The notes below the pieces were generated by a model. The model had not been told where the DNA came from. It saw only the letters and a program-made list of their open reading frames with translations, and did no database searches. Position numbers and translations under genes: made by a program. From IMG/VR virus record IMGVR_UViG_3300035665_000001, positions 186,001 to 250,000 of that record: 64,000 nucleotides of DNA; one strand, 5' to 3'. Shown in pieces: positions 40,392 to 49,976 of this stretch (positions are counted from its first letter, which is position 1; the number at the start of each line of letters is the position of its first letter).

Positions 40392-43300
40392 ATTACTATC
40401 AAATTATTATTAGAAATATTCAAAATATATGCATGAAAAAGTAAAACCATTTTTGCCTGTTTACACTAGACCACCAAATGTCTTTTTGCGATATGAAGAA
40501 ACAAGATTTGATGATGGATATGGGCATACAGGTATAGCTAGAACAGCATTCTTTTTAACTAAAAAGAAAGAAGAAATGTCAATGATTGCCCAAATTATTT
40601 GGGATAACTTATGAGGATTAAATAATGAATTTGTACTTGTTGGAACAAGAAGAAAATAGTGGTTATGATACTTATGATTCTATGGTAGTAGCAGCAGAAA
40701 CTGAAGATAAAGCCAGATTAATTCATCCAAATACTTGGTTAGATAATCCTTGGGATAGAACAAAATTTAATAGAGATTGGGCAACTTCTCCCGATCAAGT
40801 TTCTGTTAAGTTAATCGGAACAGCGGTAGAAGGAACAAAATCTGGTGTGATTTTATCATCATTTAATGCAGGTTAGATAAGGAAAGAATATGCCTTTTAA
40901 AAAACATAGAACTGATTGTATATCAGAGTATGCAAACACAATTGCAAAGTTGTCTGTAGAGTTGGCTGTTTTAGGTACAAACCGGGATGATGCTGTTAAA
41001 TGTACCACAAAATTGATTAGTACCCTATTGAATAAATTGATGTTGAGTCCAGGGGCAGTAGAGATTCTAAAACATGATTTAAAAAATAATGTTATTCCAC
41101 TGTATAATTCTACTATTAAAAATGAGAGTGAAAATCAATATCCTACACCTGTTAAACAAAAAAAGTTAACGGTGGATTTTAATTTCGATTTGGAGAGAAT
41201 GAAAGTTGCGGTTGAATCAAAAAAAATTGAGATTCCAAAACATGCTTTAGAAAGTTTTGAAGCTTTTGATGCCTGGTTGAATGATGATGAACTACCTAAA
41301 AAGCAAATTTGTCCACAGAAAGTAAATGGACATTGTCCACTACATAATTTGTTTTGTAAATATCCAGAATGTGAGAAAATCCCTTTAGGGATGGGTAATT
41401 GACAATCAACTTTTTGCAGAAATTATCAAATCATTGCACCACTGATAATAGTAAAAAAATTGTAATAATAGAAATCGTATTGGTTGCAGAGATGTCTAAA
41501 GATTCTCTAACTATCCAATCACTTTTTTGAGTAAAGGTAGGTATAATTATGAAAAATGCTAAAGCCGAAATTGTAGAAATTGTATCAAAAATTAATCCTG
41601 ATTTGGTTAGTCATGTTGATTTACTAAACATTGATAAGGCATGTTTTCAGTGTGGTCATTTTAACAAAAATTTAAAAGATGTAGATGTATATCGATGCTA
41701 TAATATTGGTACGTGTATATCGGCAACATTACATCCCGAAATCACTGATAAAATTTGGAGTGAATACACTGAAAATTTTTGGAAAGATGTTGATTGTGGT
41801 ATAATATAGGTGACAGATGAAAGTGTATGTGGTTTACTATACCGATGGTTTAGGGATGTCAGATCGTTTTTGTGGTGTGTTTGATTCTCCCGAATCATGT
41901 ATTACATTTATCGATCGTCAAGATTTTAGTTGGTATTATGATTGGTTTTCATCAAAAGTATTATCTAAAGATGATCTAACATTGGATGATGTTTAAAACT
42001 ATTATGGATTGTGGGTAAAAATGGCACAAATTGAAAACCCAGATTTAAAAATTTTTAAAGTTGTTTTAACAGAATATGAACGTGGCTGGGGATCTAAAAT
42101 CTGGGACACATTGTATTTTGATAATGAATTAGAAGCAAAAACATTTGCTACTGACTACAATCAACAAAATAATAGTGATTCTTATGTACCCGATTGGTAT
42201 GTTAGTGCGACTTATGAAGGTAAAGTAAGATAATGATGGTTGATTATGAAATATTATAACAGTAAGATAAGAGAGTTGGCTAATAAAACTGCGAATGAAA
42301 TAGCGGATCAATTTGCAATAGGTTATTTTGATGATCGTATGGTTGAATTACATTCTGACATTATAGAAAGAAATATGCTCACAATCGTGGATTTGTGCTC
42401 TCTAATAATATTAGAAGATGATAAGAAACAGGTTTCAATGTTTGATAAATTATTGAGAAATGATGCAGAGGAAATGCATAATCTTAGTAAAAAAATTAAA
42501 CTTTATTTTGGTGTGTTATAATGCATACATATATACAGAATATTGCCGATCAGGCTACCGAATATGCCAGTTTAAAGAAAAATTTGGTATGTGTTCAACT
42601 GCAAATGGTAATTAAACCGATGTTAAGAAAATTAAAATAACTATATTACATTAAAAAATAGTAATAACAGAATCTAATGGAAATAGGAATTAATATGCAT
42701 GAAAACGTAAAACGAATTATTGATCAGTGGGATGAAATTTTAGATGATGAAGCTGATTTTGATGTCGAGTTAGCTAAATTGGTGGAAATAGTTGTTTTTG
42801 ATGTTATCAACAATATCAATGATGTTAAATATGAATCTGGAAAAAGTCTTTCTAAAATTATTGAAACTGTGATTAAAAACCATTATGGTTTAGAATATGA
42901 ACATTAAAAATAGATATTTGTTGGTTTACCATTTTGAGTTGAATTTATGAATGAAAAAATTAAAGAAATTGCAACTAGGTGTAATTGGGTAGATTTAACT
43001 GGCGACGATAACTGGATCAACATTGAAGCTAATAAACGTGGTTATTTCACTGAAAAAGATTTAGAAAAGTTTGCAAGAGAGATAGTAAAAGAATGTATTG
43101 GTGTGTATGTGACCATTGCAAATGGTAATTATGTTGAGGATACCGATGATTACATTGTTGCGATTGGAAAAACATTTTTAACTGAGCGAAAAGTGGAAGA
43201 ATGATATTATGGTCACCAAAATTCAAAAATTGATAAGTAAGTTTGATGATAATTTTTTAGATAAAAATGATTCATTCGAACAAATGATGGAAAAATTTGC

Positions 43301-43746
43301 TACATTGGTGATTTCTGATGTACTATATGTAGTAAACGATGAATTACAATATGAAATTGGTTTTGGGTTAGCAAAAACAATAAACCATGCAGTAAATAAA
43401 CATTATGAAATAAAGGATGATTAGAGTCCACACAAAACATAACTGATATGGTGTTATATTGATTATATTATCAGTTGGTTATTTAGAAAAACATTTTGAG
43501 AAAAAACATATGACAGATAATAATGTAGTGAAAAAAAAAGTTGTTACATACCCAATTATTGGTATTTTTCCAAAAACTGGAAACATAGTATTATTTTCAT
43601 CTTTGACCACTGGAACTTTTTTAAAATGTTCAGAGAGTTGTACACTTAAAGTGGGAACAACCATTTCTAATTTTGCTCGCAATTGGATTCCCTATCCAGG
43701 GATGTTAAACATGTCAAACGATATATTATCCAGGTAAAGAGTAATT

Positions 43747-43780
43747 AAGAAACCCCATATTTCAATTTGTGGGGTTTCTT
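43747..43780 (+). terminator. Intrinsic terminator ending the small-ORF array
   Basis: AAGAAACCCCA / TGGGGTTTCTT, 11-bp stem right after the last small ORF. Confidence 0.7.
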
Positions 43781-43965
43781 CCACAAAAAATTGACACAAC
43801 CGTATATTTTCTTCAGAGTACACATTATGTCACTCAATTCAACAAGCCGGTAATCCTCAAAAATTTGTTAAAAATTCCAACACACGGGTATCTCACTACC
43901 CATAAGTTGACAAAAAATTGGTATTAATTAATTACGTTGACTTTTTTCATCACCTTGCTAAAAAT

Positions 43966-43973
43966 TATAAATA
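43966..43973 (+). promoter_or_regulatory. T4-like late promoter upstream of the terminase middle fragment
   Basis: Exact TATAAATA 36 nt upstream of ATG 44010. Confidence 0.5.
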
Positions 43974-44009
43974 GAATAACATCAGCAAAAAACTATTTAG
44001 AGTAAGATA

Positions 44010-44333
44010 ATGAAAGATATTAATGAGTGGGAGATTTTAACTCCAGAGGGATGGCGTGATTTTTCGGGAATTATCCAATTAGATAAGAAAGTTATCACTA
44101 TTGAATTTGATAATGGTAAACAGTTAACAGGTAGTGAAACACATCGAATTTTTTCTAAAATTGGAATACAAGAATTTAACACTTTAATGGTTGGTGATGA
44201 AATCAAAACCAATGATGGTTGGACTGTGGTAACTAAAATTTCAGATGTAAAACAAACTCAGAAAGTATATGATTTGGTAGAAGTAAAATCAGCTAACCAT
44301 CAATATTATACCAATGGTTTTGTTTCAAAAAAT
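44010..44333 (+). other. Atypically split intein C-half (TerL intein 1); partner N-half not in window
   Basis: Blocks B (SETH), F and G ending SKN, with +1 Cys. Confidence 0.82.
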
Positions 44334-44798
44334 TGTGATGAGATTGCGTTTATTCCCAACAGAATTCAGGAAGAATTTATGTCTGGCACAACACCGGCTC
44401 TTTCTGCTACAAAAGGAAAAATGTTAATTACCTCAACGCCCAATGGTTCGAGAGATTTATTTGCGAAACTTTGGTTTGGATCCGGTATGACATGGGATAA
44501 AAAACAATATACATACGTCAGAAAAAATGAACCAAAAAACCTTTTTAGTCCATTATTTGTACCTTTTTGGATTGACCCAGAAAAAAACACTGATGAATGG
44601 ATTCACAGAGAAAAGATGACTCTCGATAGCCCAATAGCATGGAAAATAGAGTTTGAATGTATGTATCCAGATACGTTGATTGATGTATATGATGAAAAAA
44701 CTAAAAATTATCAAACAATAACTATAGAAGATATGTATCGAATGATACTTCGAGATGAAATTGAGAATAAAGTTATTATTGATGAATCTGATAATTAG
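44010..44798 (+). CDS. terL: Large terminase middle fragment: IntC(108 aa) - ATPase Walker B/motif C region - IntN(46 aa)
   Basis: ILTPEGWRDFSGI..SETH..YDL..YTNGFVSKN|CDEIAFIP..LITSTPNG..IEFE|CMYPDTLIDV..ITIEDMY. Confidence 0.9.
   Translation: MKDINEWEILTPEGWRDFSGIIQLDKKVITIEFDNGKQLTGSETHRIFSKIGIQEFNTLMVGDEIKTNDGWTVVTKISDVKQTQKVYDLVEVKSANHQYYTNGFVSKNCDEIAFIPNRIQEEFMSGTTPALSATKGKMLITSTPNGSRDLFAKLWFGSGMTWDKKQYTYVRKNEPKNLFSPLFVPFWIDPEKNTDEWIHREKMTLDSPIAWKIEFECMYPDTLIDVYDEKTKNYQTITIEDMYRMILRDEIENKVIIDESDN
44658..44798 (+). other. Atypically split intein N-half (TerL intein 2), 46 aa
   Basis: CMYPDTLIDV block A plus ITIEDMY helix, then stop. Confidence 0.85.
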
Positions 44799-44806
44799 AG
44801 AAATAT

Positions 44807-45970
44807 ATGTTGTTGAAAGAAAAAATGATATTGATAGAATTCATAATATTCGCAAAAAACAATATTAATAATATCGCTGAAAATCCAACAGATACGTTCA
44901 TCGATAAAGTGGTTGAAATTTACCATCGCAAGAAAAATGTTGAATTTAAAAACCCACTAGCAAATGAATTTCCTAGAGCACCTAATACACTTGAATATTG
45001 GTTACACCGTGGATGGAATGAAAAAGAAGCAGAGAAAAAAAGGTGTGAAAAAATTCTCGCTAGTAGTTGCTCATTACAAGCTTTAATTGCTAAACATGGT
45101 GAAGAAAAAGGGTATCATTTGTTCACCGAAATCAATACTAAAAAATCAAATACTTTGGATGGTTTCATTAGAAGACACGGTGATGAAATAGGAAAAAAAT
45201 TGTACGCTGCATATACCCTAAAAATGTCCACACAAAATACTTTAGTTGGGATGATTGAAACTTATGGTGAAATTGAGGGTAATGAAAGATATAACACTAT
45301 GATTTCTGGTAAGATACATAACTTAGAAAGTGTTATTAAGCGATATGGGGAAGAAGAAGGTAAAAAACGATACACTGCTAGTAATTTAAAAAGAAGTAAA
45401 TCACACAGTTATGTGGGGTTCGTTGAAAGGTTTGGTTCTTACGCTGACCAAAAATGGGAGGAATTATCAAAAAATCGATCATATAGAACAACAGTAGATT
45501 ATTATATTGAAAAATATGGGGATGATTTAGGGAGAAAAAAACATACCGATTGGTTTAAATCATCGATTGGTGGTGATTTTAGTCAAAGTTTTTCAAAAAC
45601 ATCTAAAATGTTATTTGAAAGTTTAAAAAATAATGAATTTGCTCAATTTGGTTGTAATGAAGCTTTAATTGAATTAACTACAGATGAACAATCAGTTTTA
45701 AATAGGAAATTTATTCGCCCCGATTTTTTACTTGATAACAAAATAATTGAATTTTACGGAACCTATTGGCATTGTCATGAATCCATGTTTGCTGCAGATC
45801 AGATACATCCACAGTTTAATAAGACAGCAACAGATATACGAAACTACGATTGTAAGAAAAATGAGGTGTTGAAATTGAAAGGGTTTGATGTTTTGGTTAT
45901 TTGGGAACATAATTATTATGCTAACAAAGAAGGTATTATTGCACAGTGTAATGACTTCTTAAATCAATAA
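44807..45970 (+). CDS. Free-standing homing endonuclease with C-terminal Vsr-like PD-(D/E)xK domain
   Basis: Repeated K(H/Y)GxExGxxxY units; RPDF..IIEFYGTYWH..GFDVLVIWE; paralog of 62689-63924. Confidence 0.75.
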   Translation: MLLKEKMILIEFIIFAKNNINNIAENPTDTFIDKVVEIYHRKKNVEFKNPLANEFPRAPNTLEYWLHRGWNEKEAEKKRCEKILASSCSLQALIAKHGEEKGYHLFTEINTKKSNTLDGFIRRHGDEIGKKLYAAYTLKMSTQNTLVGMIETYGEIEGNERYNTMISGKIHNLESVIKRYGEEEGKKRYTASNLKRSKSHSYVGFVERFGSYADQKWEELSKNRSYRTTVDYYIEKYGDDLGRKKHTDWFKSSIGGDFSQSFSKTSKMLFESLKNNEFAQFGCNEALIELTTDEQSVLNRKFIRPDFLLDNKIIEFYGTYWHCHESMFAADQIHPQFNKTATDIRNYDCKKNEVLKLKGFDVLVIWEHNYYANKEGIIAQCNDFLNQ

Positions 45971-45991
45971 TACCACTAAGTTACTTACAAA

Positions 45992-46501
45992 TCAAAAAAT
46001 ACTACTATTATTTAATTTATCGTGATTCTTTTTAAATTCGGTAATCAAGTCTGTAACTAACTGATGGTCTTTAATGTATTGTTTAATATCATCAACAGTA
46101 GCAGTTACCAATCGTTTATTTCTAAATTTAGGCCAGTTAGATGTAATATCTCGTTTGTTACCTAAACGACCGTTTGCATCGTAATAAAATTTTCTAACTT
46201 TTACAATTGTATGGAATGGATGTTCCATCGTGGGATCAAAATCCTCAGTTCCATCAAAATACCATTTAACTTGGGACTTTTTAAAATTGCCCACAAGAAA
46301 AATTATTTCTGATTTTTCACCAATCGATTCTAGATAAGTATGCAATGCTAATGCAAATTCATAGCATTTTCCCGATTCAAATGCAGATGGTCCTCTCATT
46401 CCACGCTCAATAAAAAACATACTATTCCGGTTTAAATCCGAAATAATTTGTTCAATATTATACTGTTTCATTGAGGCTTCTAAAAGTGTTGATAATCTCA
46501 T
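45992..46501 (-). CDS. Hypothetical protein with a possible papain/transglutaminase-like Cys-His-Asp triad
   Basis: GKCYEFALAL .. FHTIVKV .. YYDANG; N-terminus MRLSTLLEA. Confidence 0.45.
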   Translation of the reverse strand: MRLSTLLEASMKQYNIEQIISDLNRNSMFFIERGMRGPSAFESGKCYEFALALHTYLESIGEKSEIIFLVGNFKKSQVKWYFDGTEDFDPTMEHPFHTIVKVRKFYYDANGRLGNKRDITSNWPKFRNKRLVTATVDDIKQYIKDHQLVTDLITEFKKNHDKLNNSSIF

Positions 46502-46592
46502 AAGTGGTTTTCCTATTAATTAAAGTTTTAACTATTTATCAACCCGAAATGTAAAATTACAAAATTGATTACATTGAAAGGAGAGTTAGACT

Positions 46593-48056
46593 TTGAGAAC
46601 CATATTAAAATTTATATTGATTACACTACTTTTGTTATTACCCGTAGTATTGATAACAAATCTAGGTGTGATACAACCTTCATACTATCATATTATTATA
46701 AATCAAATTTACAATACGGTAATTATAGTTTTGTCTGTATGTTTTATTACTACTATTGTTGGTGTAACACTATCATGGGTATTTGCAATTTACGATTTCC
46801 CCTTTAAAAATAGTTTGGAAAAAATAATTATTTTAGGTATGGTTTTTCCAAGTTATGTATTGGCATTTTTTTATTCCGAAATGTTTAATATCTTTGGTTC
46901 AATTGCGTTAATTGGTACTTTAGTTGTTACCACATTACCTTATGTTTTTATGATGGTAACTACCAGTATCCGAATACAATCCCAACGTATGGTTGAATCG
47001 GCATTGATGTTTGGTAAAGATAAGAGATGGATAAAAGGTAAATTGATATTGCCATTAATTTTTCCAACAATCGTTTTATCAACATTATTGGTTATGGGAG
47101 ATACATTTTCTGAATTTGGTGCCACTTATTTTTATGGTGTTAATACTGTGATGACTGGAATTTACGAAATTTGGTTTGGTTTGAATGAATCTATACAAGG
47201 GATACGATTGTCAGCATGGTTGTTAACAGTTGTTATAATGGTATATTTGGTTATTAATGTTTTGAAAAAAGTATTTGTTGATAAATCCGATAATTTTATA
47301 AACAGTCGTGAATTTAAAGGTATAGTGGTCGAGAATATAGGTATTAAAGGTTGGTTTATAACTTTTTTAATATTCTTACTAACCATTATTACTTTTTTTA
47401 TACCTTGTTTCGTGTTATTAACATGGGTAATTGAAAGTTATAACAAAACCGATTGGTTTAAAGTTTTAGCAACCACAATTAATTCGGGAATCTTAGCATC
47501 AATAATATCTTTAAGTGTATTATGTGTTACCACTATAATTTTATATTTGTTTAAGCATCGGCTAGTGGCAATAATGACAATTTGTAATACGTTGTATTCA
47601 ATACCAGGTATTGTTTTGGCAATAACGACAATCTTTATATCTACACATCTTCCATTGAGTTTTACACCTGTTATATTTTTGTATGTTTTAATAGTCAAGT
47701 ATATTGCAATTGGTGTTGATAATATTAGTGCTCCAATTCAAAAAATTCATAAACAACATTATCACTCCTCAAAATTGTTAGGTCATAGTTCCTTATGGTA
47801 TATTAAAAATGTTCAGTTTCCATTAGGTTTTCAAATATATTTGGTTGCAGGATTATTAGTTTGGATCGATGTCATTCGGGAATTAGTAATAGGGTTGACT
47901 ATTAGACCACAGGGATTAAATTTATTAAGTATCGAAATTTTTAGATTTATGGATTTAGAACAATTATCTATGAGTGGTCCTTGGATTTTATCTATGGTTA
48001 TTTTAACAATGGTTCCAATTTATTTTATAAATATGGTTTTAAAGCAAAATAGGTAA
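46593..48056 (+). CDS. fbpB: Fe3+ ABC transporter permease (FbpB/FutB-like)
   Basis: Multi-TM with two duplicated halves; ESALMFG..LILPLIFP EAA-like motif, SEFGAT. Confidence 0.85.
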   Translation: MRTILKFILITLLLLLPVVLITNLGVIQPSYYHIIINQIYNTVIIVLSVCFITTIVGVTLSWVFAIYDFPFKNSLEKIIILGMVFPSYVLAFFYSEMFNIFGSIALIGTLVVTTLPYVFMMVTTSIRIQSQRMVESALMFGKDKRWIKGKLILPLIFPTIVLSTLLVMGDTFSEFGATYFYGVNTVMTGIYEIWFGLNESIQGIRLSAWLLTVVIMVYLVINVLKKVFVDKSDNFINSREFKGIVVENIGIKGWFITFLIFLLTIITFFIPCFVLLTWVIESYNKTDWFKVLATTINSGILASIISLSVLCVTTIILYLFKHRLVAIMTICNTLYSIPGIVLAITTIFISTHLPLSFTPVIFLYVLIVKYIAIGVDNISAPIQKIHKQHYHSSKLLGHSSLWYIKNVQFPLGFQIYLVAGLLVWIDVIRELVIGLTIRPQGLNLLSIEIFRFMDLEQLSMSGPWILSMVILTMVPIYFINMVLKQNR

Positions 48057-48062
48057 ATCTGT

Positions 48063-48968
48063 ATGTTTGATGTAAAAAATCTAAACCTAATAATAGATGA
48101 TGTTGATATTCTACACAATATAAACTTTGATATTCATAATGGTGAAATACTTTCTATTATTGGACCGAGTGGTTGTGGTAAATCATCTATTTTAAAATCT
48201 ATAGCTGGAATTTATAAACATACTACAGGGGCATTAATATTAGATGGTGAAAATATCGCGGACAAACCTATTAATCTCAGAAATGTCAACTTAGTTTTTC
48301 AAGATTTCCCTTTGTTTCCACATATGACTACTATACAAAATATGCTTGTTGCCTGTGATAATAACCGAGTTATTGATATAGTCCTCGATGAAATGGGTAT
48401 CAAACATTTAAAATTTAAATATCCTCATGAAATGAGTGGTGGTGAACAACAACGAGTTGCATTAGCTCGTGCGATAGTGTATAAACCCAAATTATTATTA
48501 TTGGACGAACCATTTTCAAATATTGATGTGCTAACCACAAAAGTATTGAGACATAAAGTATTTAATTTATTGAAGCAATTTAATATTACTACTCTAATGG
48601 TTACACATGATTTGGATGATGTTTTTGAAATGAGTGAAAGATGTATCGTTATGAAAAATTCGAGTATTGTACAGTTTGATACTTTTGATAATTTATACAA
48701 TTATCCAGTTGACGAATATGTTTCAACTTTATTCGGTAATGTTGTTTCTTATGCAGGTAAAAATTATAGACCAGAAAATATATTAATTATTGCAGATTAT
48801 TCACCTAATTCCGTTAAAACTGTAATTAAAAATGTAAAATTTAAATCACATTATAATGAAATAACTTTAGAATTGGATAATAAACAAGATATCATTGTTT
48901 TTGATTATTATCGTAAAAAGTATAAAATTAATGAGATTATGTATTTGAATTTTAATAACCCATTATAG
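48063..48968 (+). CDS. fbpC: Fe3+ ABC transporter ATPase (FbpC/FutC-like)
   Basis: GPSGCGKS Walker A, VFQDFPLFPH Q-loop, MSGGEQQR signature, LLLDEPF Walker B, VTHD. Confidence 0.9.
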   Translation: MFDVKNLNLIIDDVDILHNINFDIHNGEILSIIGPSGCGKSSILKSIAGIYKHTTGALILDGENIADKPINLRNVNLVFQDFPLFPHMTTIQNMLVACDNNRVIDIVLDEMGIKHLKFKYPHEMSGGEQQRVALARAIVYKPKLLLLDEPFSNIDVLTTKVLRHKVFNLLKQFNITTLMVTHDLDDVFEMSERCIVMKNSSIVQFDTFDNLYNYPVDEYVSTLFGNVVSYAGKNYRPENILIIADYSPNSVKTVIKNVKFKSHYNEITLELDNKQDIIVFDYYRKKYKINEIMYLNFNNPL

Positions 48969-48980
48969 GAAAAACATATT

Positions 48981-49976
48981 ATGAAGAAAAATTTATGGTT
49001 GCTACTTTTTTTGTTTGGTATTTATAATGCATCTGCTTCAGATAAAAAGAGTATTCATGTTATTACTGATAGAAGTGATGCACACTTATTAGATTTAACA
49101 TCAAAATTTGAAAAAGAAAGTGGTGTTGAAGTGAATTTAACATTCGTTAAAAATGGCATTATTGAAAAAGTAAAAAGTTATGATTATGATGCAATTATCA
49201 GTAAGGATAGTAGTGAATTAGTTGCGGCGAAAGATGAGGGGTTGTTACATACTATTGATGATAGTGTGCTAGACAACATTCCAACCAATTTTAAGGATAT
49301 TGATAAACAATGGTTTAATATGAGCTATAGAATTAGATCATTTCATATGAAGAAAGGTTTAACAGATGCACCAACATCGTATGAGGATTTAGCAAAACCC
49401 CAGTATAAAAATAGAATTTGTATTAGAAGTTTAACTCACAATTACAATTTAGAAATGTATGGAACTATGTTATCATATATGGGTGAGGAGAAATTTACTA
49501 ACTGGTTTAAAGGATTTAAATCGAATATAGTTAAAGATTCGGCAGCAGGAAATGATAGAACCCAGGTTAAAGGTGTGTATGATGGTGAATGTGACATAGC
49601 AGTTGCAAATTCATATTATCGTGGATTGATGTTACAAGATCCGGAGCAAAAAAAATGGGCAGAAGCAACATATTTATACATACCTAACCAAGAAAACGGT
49701 AGAGGAGCGATAGCATTGTATTCTGCAGTAGGTTCGTTATCGGATAATACCAATAATAAAACATTTTTGAATTATTTAATTTCAAAAGAAACGCAACAAC
49801 AGTTATCATATGATAATTATGAATATCCAATTAAAACTGAAAATACATCACCTACTGTTAAACAATATGGTGATGCACAGAAATTGGACTATAAATCAAT
49901 CAAATTATTTGATAATGTTCAAAACGATTTATTTGAATTGAGAAAAAAAGCTTATTTAATTATTAAAGCCAACTAA
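48981..49976 (+). CDS. fbpA: Fe3+ ABC transporter periplasmic binding protein (FbpA/FutA-like)
   Basis: Signal peptide; SYEDLAKPQYKNRICIRS..HNYN, GNDRTQ, CDIAVANSYY, YEYP. Confidence 0.85.
   Translation: MKKNLWLLLFLFGIYNASASDKKSIHVITDRSDAHLLDLTSKFEKESGVEVNLTFVKNGIIEKVKSYDYDAIISKDSSELVAAKDEGLLHTIDDSVLDNIPTNFKDIDKQWFNMSYRIRSFHMKKGLTDAPTSYEDLAKPQYKNRICIRSLTHNYNLEMYGTMLSYMGEEKFTNWFKGFKSNIVKDSAAGNDRTQVKGVYDGECDIAVANSYYRGLMLQDPEQKKWAEATYLYIPNQENGRGAIALYSAVGSLSDNTNNKTFLNYLISKETQQQLSYDNYEYPIKTENTSPTVKQYGDAQKLDYKSIKLFDNVQNDLFELRKKAYLIIKAN

Larger units (their letters stand above)
20750..43737 (+). other. Co-directional array of many small phage ORFs (early/accessory region)
   Basis: Dozens of 50-170 aa ORFs, nearly all on +, tightly packed with GAGG/AGGA RBSs and ATGA overlaps, punctuated by consensus sigma70 promoters and closed by a terminator at 43747. 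Confidence 0.8.

Noticed and set aside
43860-43915. GGGTA..TACCC hairpin with TTGAC as another IS200/IS605 end
   Set aside because: The stem is only 5 bp and lacks the CTTTAG/CTAAAG loop shared by the other copies.
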